From contig CP147780.1 of the NCBI GenBank assembly GCA_037310415.1, positions 1,280,001 to 1,344,000 of the forward strand: DNA of 64,000 nt, read 5' to 3'. Position numbers and translations under genes: made by a program. Each line of letters starts with the position of its first letter. Position 1 is the first letter of the stretch. Below, piece after piece: positions 47,711 to 57,627 of this stretch. The notes under the pieces were generated by a model. The model was not told the DNA's origin. It did no database searches and saw nothing but the letters and a program-made list of their open reading frames with translations. This DNA is from Candidatus Atabeyarchaeum deiterrae. GTDB lineage: Archaea > Asgardarchaeota > Atabeyarchaeia > Atabeyarchaeales > Atabeyarchaeaceae.

Positions 47711-48859
47711 ATGAGCGAGAAAAGAGATTACTATGAGGTGCTCGGTGTTTCAAAGGATGCTTCGAAGGATGACATCAAACATGTGTATAGAGAGCTTGCG
47801 CTAAAGTACCACCCTGACCGCAACAAATCCCCTGGCGCCGAAGAGAAATTCAAGGAACTCTCAGAGGCGTATGCTGTTCTCTCTGATGATGAAAAGCGAG
47901 CTCAGTATGATAGATTCGGGCACGCTGGCATATCGGGCAGATACTCAACTGAAGACATTTTCCGAGGGAGCGACTTTGAGAGCATCTTCAGAGACTTAGG
48001 GTTCGGATTTGGTGGATTTGACAGCATCTTCGACAGACTCTTCGGAAGAAGTGGAAGATATGGATCGGCAAGGCGTCCTGAGCCGACACAAGGCAGAGAT
48101 CTCGAACAGGAACTCACGATAACACTTCAAGATGCTGCACAAGGAAAGAATGAAGAGCTCGAAATCCCAAGGACAGTTGTCTGCGACAATTGCCGCGGAA
48201 CCGGTGCAAAGCCTGGAACTCAGCCTCAAACTTGTCCCAAGTGCGGGGGCAGTGGGGAATTACGGTACGTTCAAACACAAGGTTTCACTCAAATAGTTCA
48301 GATTGCCGCCTGCGACAAGTGCCGTGGCACAGGAAAAGTCATAGCTAAACCATGCGATGTGTGTCGCGGAACAGGGGTAACTAGGAAACACGGAAAGATT
48401 GAAGTGAAGATTCCGCCTGGAGTCGACACGGGCTCAGTGCTCAGGCTAACTGGCGAAGGAGAAGCTGGAGAGAGAGGCGGGTCTTCAGGCGATCTCTACA
48501 TAGTGATAAGAGTTAGACCGGATGATGTCTTTGAGAGACGTGGTCCTGACATACTATACAAGTTGCCTGTGACCTACGCTCAGCTGGCACTCGGAGACGA
48601 AGCTATGGTTCCTACGTTGGATGGGGTTGTGAAGCTTCGAATTCAAGCAGGGACTCAGAGTGGAACAGTTCTGCGCCTGAAGGGCAAAGGTTTGCCGAAG
48701 CTCAAAGCCCATGGAAGAGGAGACCAGCTTGTAAAGGTGGTTCTACGGACTCCAACCAAACTTACAGGTGAACAGAAGAAGCTAATAGCTGAGCTATCTA
48801 GACTCGAGCCGAAAGTTAACCCTCCTGGCTTAGAAGGAGACGAAGACAGAAGAAAGTGA
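47711..48859 (+). CDS. dnaJ: Chaperone DnaJ
   Basis: [11 protein letters not shown] motif, G/F-rich region, four CxxCxGxG repeats, C-terminal domain. Start at MSEKRD (ORF track starts at 47681). Confidence 0.97.
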   Translation: MSEKRDYYEVLGVSKDASKDDIKHVYRELALKYHPDRNKSPGAEEKFKELSEAYAVLSDDEKRAQYDRFGHAGISGRYSTEDIFRGSDFESIFRDLGFGFGGFDSIFDRLFGRSGRYGSARRPEPTQGRDLEQELTITLQDAAQGKNEELEIPRTVVCDNCRGTGAKPGTQPQTCPKCGGSGELRYVQTQGFTQIVQIAACDKCRGTGKVIAKPCDVCRGTGVTRKHGKIEVKIPPGVDTGSVLRLTGEGEAGERGGSSGDLYIVIRVRPDDVFERRGPDILYKLPVTYAQLALGDEAMVPTLDGVVKLRIQAGTQSGTVLRLKGKGLPKLKAHGRGDQLVKVVLRTPTKLTGEQKKLIAELSRLEPKVNPPGLEGDEDRRK

Positions 48860-48888
48860 GCGACTGTCCGCCGATGTTCTCATTTCTG

Positions 48889-50643
48889 TTAACTTTTGAT
48901 TTTGCCGACAAAGTATCTGTCTGGGTCAAATAGCCGGAGCAATTGAACGTCTTCTTTAGTAACTGGACTCATCTTCCTTAGTGTTTCAGCTCTCTCCAGC
49001 TTCCAGCCAGTTTTCTTCGAAATCTCACTAACAATTGCTTCTTCCGAAAGATCACCAAGCGGATAGTACTTGGTCAAAACCATGCGCTCTTGAATCTTCT
49101 CAAACACAGCCTTGTCCGTAACAATCTTCGAGACTCTCTTGCCTGGAACAGTAATGTAGGTAACTTCCTTGACAAGTCTCAGTGGCCCATGAGGAACAAC
49201 TACTACTATCTCTTTTGCATTTGATCCAACATCATTCGCCCCTCCTGAGCCGACCAAGAAGAAATCACCAACTCTAGTATCATTAATATTCCCTTCCAAG
49301 TCTATCTGGGCGGCTGCTAACACACCAATGCTGTCTGTGCTATGAAGTGTCATCCCGAGTGCCTCAAAGGAATCCGTCAGCATCGTGCAAGTTGGTATGT
49401 TGCTCTTATTGAAAATGAATGGGCTTGAGGGTCGCGGAAGATAACCAAAGAATCCTATCTCAGCAAGTAGATTCACAGACAACCCTTTGTCCTGCAAAGC
49501 GTAAGTAGAAATCCAAGCGGCTAAGTTTGAAACGCCCTGACCTGCAAGTATAACCCTGTGTCCCCCACGGATGGTCGACTCGACAATCTCGTGAGAAGCA
49601 TTGATTATCATCTTCTCGACATCATTGCATTCAGTCTCAAATGAAATAGTGGTCAACTTGCCCCCTATCTCAGACTTCCAGGACTCGGGGTTTCTCAGTT
49701 CGACGAGAGACTTAAGCCTATTTGCTCCAAGTTTCTCAAGATACCTATTGTGGTCGACTCCTAGTATCCAGTCTTCGATCCATTTTCTCAGGGTTCCTTC
49801 TTCTTTGCCAGCTTGTCTAAGTTTCACTATGAAATCTAGATCCTCACTATAGCCTTCACCATTAAGCCCGAAGTGTGAACTTGGATGCGCACCGAAAGGC
49901 AACTCCACGACAGCGTTCACAATGAAAGCGGGGATCTTGACCATTGAGGCATGACGCCTAATGAACTCCGTTGAAACAATCTTCTCTGCACTGAGAATGA
50001 CACCATCTTTGCTCGCATAAAACCCAAAGTTGCTGTCACCCAGAGGAGGCACTATAATCGCGTTGCCAGAACGGTCGGCACACCAAACATGCACAATAGA
50101 GAGGTCAGGCTTCAAAGCCTTAACCAGTCCAACCTTTCCATCTCCACCAAAGGGATCGTCGATAACCCTGAACGACTCATTGTTCTCATCTGCCATCGAA
50201 GAGCCAGAGACGGATCTCGTTGGAAGGAACTGAAGCCCCATGGCACCAGCAGCTAACCTTGAAATGAAGGACAATATCGACCAGTTCTGAATCTTCACAC
50301 CTCTTTTGAATGCTCTTTGAAAGACAGATGAAACATTGGGTCTAGGATAAACGTCACCTGCATAGCTAGTGATGAAAAGTTCAACAAGATCAGCGGCACA
50401 AAGCAGCTGGCCCAGATTCGTGGCTCCCAAAGTCGCAACCTTGAACTCTGGCTTCTTGTCAAAGAATTGCCTAATGACTTCGTAGCCAATCCCATAAGGT
50501 ATAGTGCCAGCGCAAGAAAAGTGAAGCATCATGCCGGACTTCACATATGTCTTTACTGCCTCTTCAACAGTAACTTGTTTGTCCTCTCGCTCCTCAGATT
50601 CAATGAGGAATCTCTTGTTGATGTAGTCAGACGGGGTCACCAT
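48889..50643 (-). CDS. Family I CoA-transferase, fused alpha+beta (glutaconate CoA-transferase-like)
   Basis: Alpha part: 'RL.AGAMGL.F.P', 'AL.PD...VH...AD..GN', 'V..P.GAHP'. Beta part: 'AEIG' (catalytic Glu), 'AQID..GNIN', 'GSGGAND', 'V.YIT.PG', 'VTD.AVF'. Confidence 0.88.
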   Translation of the reverse strand: MVTPSDYINKRFLIESEEREDKQVTVEEAVKTYVKSGMMLHFSCAGTIPYGIGYEVIRQFFDKKPEFKVATLGATNLGQLLCAADLVELFITSYAGDVYPRPNVSSVFQRAFKRGVKIQNWSILSFISRLAAGAMGLQFLPTRSVSGSSMADENNESFRVIDDPFGGDGKVGLVKALKPDLSIVHVWCADRSGNAIIVPPLGDSNFGFYASKDGVILSAEKIVSTEFIRRHASMVKIPAFIVNAVVELPFGAHPSSHFGLNGEGYSEDLDFIVKLRQAGKEEGTLRKWIEDWILGVDHNRYLEKLGANRLKSLVELRNPESWKSEIGGKLTTISFETECNDVEKMIINASHEIVESTIRGGHRVILAGQGVSNLAAWISTYALQDKGLSVNLLAEIGFFGYLPRPSSPFIFNKSNIPTCTMLTDSFEALGMTLHSTDSIGVLAAAQIDLEGNINDTRVGDFFLVGSGGANDVGSNAKEIVVVVPHGPLRLVKEVTYITVPGKRVSKIVTDKAVFEKIQERMVLTKYYPLGDLSEEAIVSEISKKTGWKLERAETLRKMSPVTKEDVQLLRLFDPDRYFVGKIKS

Positions 50644-50835
50644 GAGGCTATCATCCTCCTTTGCATTGGAAACAAAAACAGTCTTTGTTAGGAGCTCGAA
50701 TTGATGTTGGGACTCGGTTGATCCTGAGGCTCAACGGTTGTTCATCTATTGAAGGGGATATTTATAGCTAGTTTTTCTCCAGTTGTAGTTATTCATAATT
50801 GTTGAATTCGCAACCCGGATCGTTGATATACGCAG

Positions 50836-50861
50836 TTGTTAGGAAGAAATATTAGGCGTCC
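50836..50861 (+). repeat. Promoter-region repeat copy 1 (TTGTTAGGAAGAAATATTAGGCGTCC)
   Basis: 23/26 identical to 53856-53881. Each copy starts exactly 80 nt before its ORF start. Confidence 0.75.
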
Positions 50862-50915
50862 TCGAGTAATTGTTTTTGGGATAGGTAGTCGCGTATCCAA
50901 GAGAAGAAGGGACCA

Positions 50916-53642
50916 GTGATGATAAGGAACCACGCCTCCTTGTCGACGTGTTTAGTTATGTCAGTTCTAATCCTGCTCCTTCTCCTTCCAGTGGGACAGG
51001 TCTCCTCACCACAGAGCCTAACGGACACTGCCAAGCCACAGCACTTCCTGACTGGGCCGCCGCCGAACGAAAACGGGTTTGGAGCGGCCTTGAATTTAGC
51101 TGACTCCGTGAATGGATATCAGGCGCATAGCCTAACGACGAGTGACAATTTGTCAACATGTCAAAGTCCATATCGCAACGTTACTCTTACCCAAAACCCG
51201 CCCAGTGGTTTCTCGGTCGCATGGCAGAACCTGTCGGTGTCCACGTTGACAGCTGTTCCAGATTTTAGAGAAGTTCAATACGCATCTGGCTCGACAAGTT
51301 ACCTGAGCCTAGTAAGAACTGGAGGCTTTTCTCGAGCTGCTATGAGATTTAGTCCGCCTGATGCAGTCAATCTGACGAGCGTGTGGCTATACTACGAATC
51401 AGACGAGGCTATACCAAGTGCGCAGCTGCAAGTTTGGTCAAAGGGCACCAACAATGGTACCACTCCTCAGGGAGGATCGGTTATCGCGACTGTCTCGCCT
51501 CTTCCATCAGGACCGGCTGCCTGGCGTAACCTGACATTAAGCAATCCCGTGTTCCTGGCAAATGGCAGCTATTACTGGATTGTGGTAGATGCAAGTAGTA
51601 TCAATCCTAGTAAGTATGTGCGGTGGTACTACATCAATGATTCAGGTGGGCTTTTTGATCAGAAGCTAGCGGCGGCATACACGAGCTCATGGATAGATGA
51701 GATCAACTTCCCTCTCTATTCCCAGCCTTATCTGAACCTCATGCTGGTGCTCAAAGTCTTGCCAGTCGTCAGCGGCAATCCTTCCAAAGTGATGACTTAC
51801 TCTTCGCCGGGTAAGGTCAAGATGAGGGAATTGACCAGCGGTACGCTGATGTCAAATAACTCCACAGGAATACTCGCAACTACTCACAGGTTTATTCTGA
51901 GCACAAACACGTCAGTTAGCTTTGCCGAAAACTGGACTGCAAGATTTGAGAAATATCAGATCGGCGCCGTGCAAACAACCTACAATGCGTTACCCGGATC
52001 GACGTCGTGGGAAGCTCTGTTTTCAAGTTTAGCAAAACCATCGAGCCCGTACGCATGGTACAATAGGACTCTGAAAGTTGTTTCAATCCCGAGCGGCTGG
52101 CAGATCGATCCATTGAACAATGTGACAAATGACAATAACATTAACTTTACAGCATCATTCTTCAATGCCAGCGGGTACCTTTTAATAACGCAGACAGATA
52201 ATTTGATCGTGACTGGAATATGGGATGCATGGTGGACAATCGATGCGAAATCATCTTACCACGTTACTCTGTCAGCGCCCTCACAGGTCATAACGGGACA
52301 ATTATTCAATATTAGCATAACTCCGCCTATTGCCTCCTCCAACTGCAATATTACATTGTATGATGGAGCAGGCTCTAACATATTTAGCAGAAGCTTAGTC
52401 GTACCCCCATTCTCAACGTATTACTTCCCCATCAGACTAAACCAAACTGGGAACTTCAACGTAACCATTTTCGATAGACTCGCTTCTATTCCTGAGGCTA
52501 GTTACACAATACTGCCAACAATCAGCTCCTTACCTGCATTGACTTCTTTAGATCTTCAGTCTTCAACACTCAAGGCAAGCTGGGGAGACATTGTTGCAGT
52601 AACGTTCAGATACATGAACACAACTCTTGGCTCCAACAGAGAGTTCCCTAACCTCCCAGACGTAACCGTTTATTCAGTCAGCGATAACTTCACCATAAGA
52701 AATCTTGAAAGTTTAGGCAGTGGATGGTACTCATTCAATTTTGAAACAAGGTTGCTGCCCACATCCGGTAGCTACATTCTCACGATTGCCCTTTCATATG
52801 AGGGAACCTACCTAAACCAGGAGACCCTGACACTCCAACTGGATCCGCCAGGAATCTCCCCGATATTGTTAGTACTTGTTGGAGGCGGCTCTGGAGGAGC
52901 AGTCATAGCAGTTGTAGCAGCTCGGAGATACTTCGGTGGCAGGAAACTGAAAGAAGAAAAGAAGAGCAAGGTTCTCCTGCAGACCGCAAGTCTAGCCCAG
53001 CTAGTTGTGGTGGACCTTGCAAGCGGTCGATCAGTCTACAGCAGAAGCATTGGAACCGAGGAAAGTGTCGACCCTAACCTCATAAGCGGATTCCTCTCAG
53101 CCAACCAGTCAATCTTGGGCGAAGTTTTCAGGAAGAAAGCCCGCACAGGCTTAAGGTTTGCCGACTACGGTGAATACAAAGTCATTTCCAATGTTGGCGA
53201 TCACGTTCTGTCAGCGTTGTTCGCCACGGAAGCCGCAGGTGAGGAGCTAACAGGTGTGCTTGAGAAATTTACACAGAAATTCGAGAGAAAATACAGTAAG
53301 ACACTCGAAACCTGGGACGGAGATCCCAATGCATTCAAAGATGCCGATGCGATTGCTGACGAGGTGTTTTCACTACCATTGACATCCCCATACGTTCTAA
53401 TGGAACAGGATTTCAGCAAGAGAAGACTTAGCGGCATCGAGAAAAAGGTCGTAGAGGAAGCTAGAAGAATATCGTCTGATCGCGGATTCTTCTTCATGCC
53501 TCGTATTATCGACTTCCTTCTGACAAAGGAAGGAGTGAAGAGAAGCGAGACTATAGATGTCATCAGATCTCTTGTAGACAAAGGCATACTCAAACAGCTC
53601 ACCGTGAGTCAAGCTGCGGAACTCAGCGACAAAGGAGGATAA
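50916..53642 (+). CDS. Single-pass membrane protein: signal peptide, beta-rich ectodomain, TM helix, cytoplasmic longin + winged-helix domain (paralog A)
   Basis: Hydrophobic N-terminus; S/T/N-rich ectodomain with many NxS/T sequons; TM 'ILLVLVGGGSGGAVIAVVAA' + RR; longin pattern 'LVVVD..SGRSVYSR......DPNLISGFLSA...I..EV...F...FE.KY...L..W.G....F'. Confidence 0.85.
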   Translation: MMIRNHASLSTCLVMSVLILLLLLPVGQVSSPQSLTDTAKPQHFLTGPPPNENGFGAALNLADSVNGYQAHSLTTSDNLSTCQSPYRNVTLTQNPPSGFSVAWQNLSVSTLTAVPDFREVQYASGSTSYLSLVRTGGFSRAAMRFSPPDAVNLTSVWLYYESDEAIPSAQLQVWSKGTNNGTTPQGGSVIATVSPLPSGPAAWRNLTLSNPVFLANGSYYWIVVDASSINPSKYVRWYYINDSGGLFDQKLAAAYTSSWIDEINFPLYSQPYLNLMLVLKVLPVVSGNPSKVMTYSSPGKVKMRELTSGTLMSNNSTGILATTHRFILSTNTSVSFAENWTARFEKYQIGAVQTTYNALPGSTSWEALFSSLAKPSSPYAWYNRTLKVVSIPSGWQIDPLNNVTNDNNINFTASFFNASGYLLITQTDNLIVTGIWDAWWTIDAKSSYHVTLSAPSQVITGQLFNISITPPIASSNCNITLYDGAGSNIFSRSLVVPPFSTYYFPIRLNQTGNFNVTIFDRLASIPEASYTILPTISSLPALTSLDLQSSTLKASWGDIVAVTFRYMNTTLGSNREFPNLPDVTVYSVSDNFTIRNLESLGSGWYSFNFETRLLPTSGSYILTIALSYEGTYLNQETLTLQLDPPGISPILLVLVGGGSGGAVIAVVAARRYFGGRKLKEEKKSKVLLQTASLAQLVVVDLASGRSVYSRSIGTEESVDPNLISGFLSANQSILGEVFRKKARTGLRFADYGEYKVISNVGDHVLSALFATEAAGEELTGVLEKFTQKFERKYSKTLETWDGDPNAFKDADAIADEVFSLPLTSPYVLMEQDFSKRRLSGIEKKVVEEARRISSDRGFFFMPRIIDFLLTKEGVKRSETIDVIRSLVDKGILKQLTVSQAAELSDKGG

Positions 53643-53855
53643 GTGGACGACTGATAACTACAATGGAGGACCGATTTTACCTGCGACTGGCAAGAACGAC
53701 AATTCGACCGACGACATCACGGTCATGTAGTTGAAGTTTGCATCAGAAAGAAACAGTTCTGGCAAGAATCGGGCACAACCTACTGAAGAACTGATTTGCT
53801 GTTATGACTTTGCCGTTATGGGCTTTTCGCAATAGAATTTCGTGAGGCTGCGAAA

Positions 53856-53881
53856 TTGTTAGGAAGACATATTAAGCGCCC
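53856..53881 (+). repeat. Promoter-region repeat copy 2 (TTGTTAGGAAGACATATTAAGCGCCC)
   Basis: 23/26 identical to 50836-50861. Confidence 0.75.
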
Positions 53882-53935
53882 CCATTGAGTACTAGTTCTT
53901 AGAGAGCGGAAATCACTGATGTAGGGGACCCTTTC

Positions 53936-56900
53936 ATGAGGCGAAAGTCTTCACGCCTTTTCACTCTACTCATCTTGTCAACTCTGATTGTTTCAATGGC
54001 AAGCATCCCAAGCCTTGTTCCTACGACATTTTCGTCGATTAACTCTGCTAAGCCTGAGAATTCCTTCTTCGCGCCACCTGCGAACCAGAATGCTTCTGGA
54101 TCACCAGCGAATCTGATGGAGTCCGTGAACGGATGGCGGGCGACCACTACGATGAAGGCGAACAACACGCGCGCGGACACGAATGACCGCAACGCGACGT
54201 TCTCGGAATCTCCAGTAAGTGGGTTCTCGCTTGCATGGCAGAACGTCACAATATCGAACCTGACGGCGACCAACGACGCTAGGGAAGTGCAGGGTGGGAG
54301 TACCGCTACCTTTGTAGGTATTAATGGGGATCCAAGCAACAATCAAGGGCTTGCTATGAGGATCACCACTACGGACAAGGTGAACCTGACGGGTATCTGG
54401 ATTTATTACACACTCACAGGATCATTGACAGTTCCCTTGACGGTTCTCTCATCAACGACGGCTTCTGCAACCCCAACCGGGTCGGTAATCGCGCAAGGAA
54501 CCGTTGAAGGAACAGGAGGAGGAGCTGTCTGGGGCTACGTGAAATTCAATGCGCCAGCCACCATTACGGAGGTTGACTACGTGTGGATAGTCGTGAACGC
54601 CTCCTCCTTGAGTAGCGCACAGTTCTTCAACTGGGGGTACAAACAGGATTCGGGAGGAGCGGATTCTCACTTGGCGTCGGCAGGCGTTGATGGTGTTGGA
54701 TGGGTAAGTGAGTTTTTCATTCTTACTCCTCACCAATATATCAATTTCTTGCTTGTCTTGAACGTCTTGCCAGTGGATGTCAGTGGACAGCACGTTAGGA
54801 CTTACAACGCTCCTGACCAAGTCAACATGTACCTGAACGCTACGACGCAGATCGTAAACAATGTTACCCGCGTCTCAAACTCCTACCACACCTTTGTTCT
54901 GAGCGCGAACACATCCATTACCTTCACGGTGAACTGGACTGCTAGGTTTGAGTTCTCTCAGCCGAATGCAGTCTCAACCCACTACATCGCGGAGAACGCC
55001 CTCACGCTCTGGAATGCGACGTTTGTTAGTGGGAGCAAGCCGTCCAACCCATACACCTGGTATAACCGGACGCTCAAGGTCAGCCCGATTCCATCACTCT
55101 GGACCGTACCAGATCCCTCATCAAATGTAACCAGCATCCCTTACATAGGCTTCAGTTTCACCGCTGGGTCAGGCTCCTTCCTGATAACACAGACGGGCAA
55201 CGTTAATGGTTCTGGTCCTTGGGGCGCAGGATGGCTGATAAGAGCCCAATCATCCTACTCTGTCAAAGGGACAGCGGCCTCACAAGTCATAAGGGGGTTA
55301 CCGTTAACAGTAGACATATCAACAGCGCCGCTCTCTCCGAGTCACTGTAGCTTCACTCTCTACAATGGTCTAGGTTCCGCCATCTACAGCAGGATTCTAG
55401 TGGTTCCTTCTACCTCATATTCTCTTCAAGTAAGGCTTAATGAGACTGGCGTTCACACGGCATATCTCTTTGACACGTGGGACAGTGGAAATGAGGTGAG
55501 CCTCAATAGCACTCTGACCGTGGCTGCCCTTCAACCCCTGTCTAATGTTACAATTACTGGCATCAACCAGCCCATACTCTGGAACGACGCAATAGTCAAC
55601 TTCAAGTTTCTCAACAACTCGGCAGGTGGAATAGCTGTTTCACCACTGCAGGTTACTATCAACGGAACACCTCCGTCGGGTGGATTCACCTATAACGGTG
55701 GCACTGGCGTTGTGACGGCGACGTGGAGTACTGCCACAGGCGGATGGCACTCAGGTATTAACTATGTCAACATAACCGCTGTGAGTGGCGTGTTCAGCAA
55801 TAAGACGGTTACTTTGATCAACATAACCGCCCCGAACGCTCTATTGCAGCTGAACGCAGCGCCTTACTCTGGCACCTACGGAGAGTCCATCTTGATTCGT
55901 TTCAGGTTTCTCAATAATACTGGTGGGATTCCTTCTGACATGCCTTCGTTAACGAGCTTTCTACTTAACAGTACCCTTTTTAGCCACACCTCTGCTGTAG
56001 GCGGATGGTATAATTGCACTGTTGATACGGCAGGCAGGTTCCCCATGACGGGGAATGTATCATTCCCCTCTGTGACATATTTCCTCAACTTCACTGCGAC
56101 GTATGGCGCCTATACTGCAAAGAACATAACGAGATTGACACTCTCAAGGATCCCTATGACGTTGGTGCTCACCGTGGACCAGACATCTGTTACAGCAGGA
56201 TCGTCCATCTCCGCTTCAGCGACATTGAGATACAACCTTGGGGCGAATCAGAGCTTTGCCCCTAATGGGCTCACGATCAGTTTCCAGTTTATAGTCAAAT
56301 ACACCAACGGCTCCACAGGCAACATAACCAAAGATGCAAGCATTCTCAGCGGGGTGGCCTCATCCTCACTTGCTACTGCAGGCGACATGACGTCAATTAC
56401 AGTCAATGCGACTTTTGTGCAGGACTATTTCAGGCTAAATGCAACCGCTTTGAGTAGCGAAGTCCTCGTAACACCGCCTCCTCCATTCCCCACAATGTTA
56501 GTCGTGCTGGCGGGCGGCGGAACTGGTGCCATTATCATAGGTGCCATAGTTGCAGCGAGAGTTCGGAGTAGGCGTAGGCTTCGCGAAGAGGCGAAGGCAT
56601 TAGTTCTCAGGCAGACCGCGAGCCTAGCTCGTCTAATTGTTGTGCACCTTGCGAGTGGCCGAAGCGTCTTCAGCAGGAGTCTTGGAACGGAAGAGGCTGT
56701 TGACCCCAACCTCATAAGCGGATTCCTCTCAGCCAACCAGTCAATCCTGCAAGAAGTCTTCCAGAAGAAGACTGGTGCGGGACTAAGATTTGCAGACTAC
56801 GGTGAATACAAGGTTGTCTCGCATCTGGGCAATTACGTCATGGCAACGCTGTTCTGCACGGAGGCTGCAGGAGAGGAATTACGGAGTGTGCTTGAGCAGT

Positions 56901-57292
56901 TCTCAGAGAAGTTCGAGAAAAAATATTCCAAGACCCTTGAGGCCTGGGATGGAGACATGGAAGCATTCAAAGACGCTGATGCAGTCGCCGACGAATACTT
57001 TAGTCTTCCGCTATGTTCGCCGTATGTCGTTGTTGGAGAGGATTTCACCCACAGAAGGCTAAGCGGCGACGAGAGAAAGGTCATAGAGGAAGCACAAAGA
57101 CTCTCCGCTGGAAGAGGATTCTTCTTCATAACCCTCATAATTGACTTCTTACTGACCAAGCAAGGCATGAAGAGAAGCAAGACGGTAGAAGTAATCAGAT
57201 CGCTCACGAACAGAGGGATATTCAGACAAGTGACTGTGGACGAAGCCGCGGAACTAGGCAGAGTGCAACAAGAAGCCAGTACACAACCCTGA
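53936..57292 (+). CDS. Single-pass membrane protein with cytoplasmic longin + winged-helix domain (paralog B, longer ectodomain)
   Basis: Same architecture as paralog A. Shared blocks: SVNG, SGFS.AWQN, REVQ, AMR, VNLT..W.YY, WIVV.AS, NWTARFE, PY.WYNRTLKV. Near-identical longin (DPNLISGFLSANQSIL, GLRFADYGEYKV). Confidence 0.85.
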   Translation: MRRKSSRLFTLLILSTLIVSMASIPSLVPTTFSSINSAKPENSFFAPPANQNASGSPANLMESVNGWRATTTMKANNTRADTNDRNATFSESPVSGFSLAWQNVTISNLTATNDAREVQGGSTATFVGINGDPSNNQGLAMRITTTDKVNLTGIWIYYTLTGSLTVPLTVLSSTTASATPTGSVIAQGTVEGTGGGAVWGYVKFNAPATITEVDYVWIVVNASSLSSAQFFNWGYKQDSGGADSHLASAGVDGVGWVSEFFILTPHQYINFLLVLNVLPVDVSGQHVRTYNAPDQVNMYLNATTQIVNNVTRVSNSYHTFVLSANTSITFTVNWTARFEFSQPNAVSTHYIAENALTLWNATFVSGSKPSNPYTWYNRTLKVSPIPSLWTVPDPSSNVTSIPYIGFSFTAGSGSFLITQTGNVNGSGPWGAGWLIRAQSSYSVKGTAASQVIRGLPLTVDISTAPLSPSHCSFTLYNGLGSAIYSRILVVPSTSYSLQVRLNETGVHTAYLFDTWDSGNEVSLNSTLTVAALQPLSNVTITGINQPILWNDAIVNFKFLNNSAGGIAVSPLQVTINGTPPSGGFTYNGGTGVVTATWSTATGGWHSGINYVNITAVSGVFSNKTVTLINITAPNALLQLNAAPYSGTYGESILIRFRFLNNTGGIPSDMPSLTSFLLNSTLFSHTSAVGGWYNCTVDTAGRFPMTGNVSFPSVTYFLNFTATYGAYTAKNITRLTLSRIPMTLVLTVDQTSVTAGSSISASATLRYNLGANQSFAPNGLTISFQFIVKYTNGSTGNITKDASILSGVASSSLATAGDMTSITVNATFVQDYFRLNATALSSEVLVTPPPPFPTMLVVLAGGGTGAIIIGAIVAARVRSRRRLREEAKALVLRQTASLARLIVVHLASGRSVFSRSLGTEEAVDPNLISGFLSANQSILQEVFQKKTGAGLRFADYGEYKVVSHLGNYVMATLFCTEAAGEELRSVLEQFSEKFEKKYSKTLEAWDGDMEAFKDADAVADEYFSLPLCSPYVVVGEDFTHRRLSGDERKVIEEAQRLSAGRGFFFITLIIDFLLTKQGMKRSKTVEVIRSLTNRGIFRQVTVDEAAELGRVQQEASTQP

Positions 57293-57357
57293 TGACATAC
57301 AAGAAGTGAAAGAGAAGAGTTGTGAGAGATCTTTCCCGTTAGGCTGCGAAGACCTCT

Positions 57358-57549
57358 CTATTTCTTTTGCCTCTTCAGTCTCTCTTCGAACAGCTCGCTG
57401 GCCTTCTCCTTGTCCATGATTTTACCTGGCTTACTTTTCTCAAGTTCCTCTTTTCTCCTGTTCTGCAACTTGGCTATCATTTCTTTGTCCTTTTTCAGCT
57501 GCTCAGGACTCGGAGGAGCTTCATCGTCATCCTTTGGCGTCACAACCAC
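57358..57549 (-). CDS. Small highly charged hypothetical protein (61-63 aa)
   Basis: K/E-rich helical ORF with a GAGGG RBS and a TTTATA-like box upstream. The real start may be the GTG at 57543. Confidence 0.6.
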   Translation of the reverse strand: MVVTPKDDDEAPPSPEQLKKDKEMIAKLQNRRKEELEKSKPGKIMDKEKASELFEERLKRQKK

Positions 57550-57627
57550 CCTCTAGGGATCCTGCGATAGGGTAAGGAGAGCACATGATATAAACCATAT
57601 TGCCGTGGTACGCCACCTTTTCTCCAA

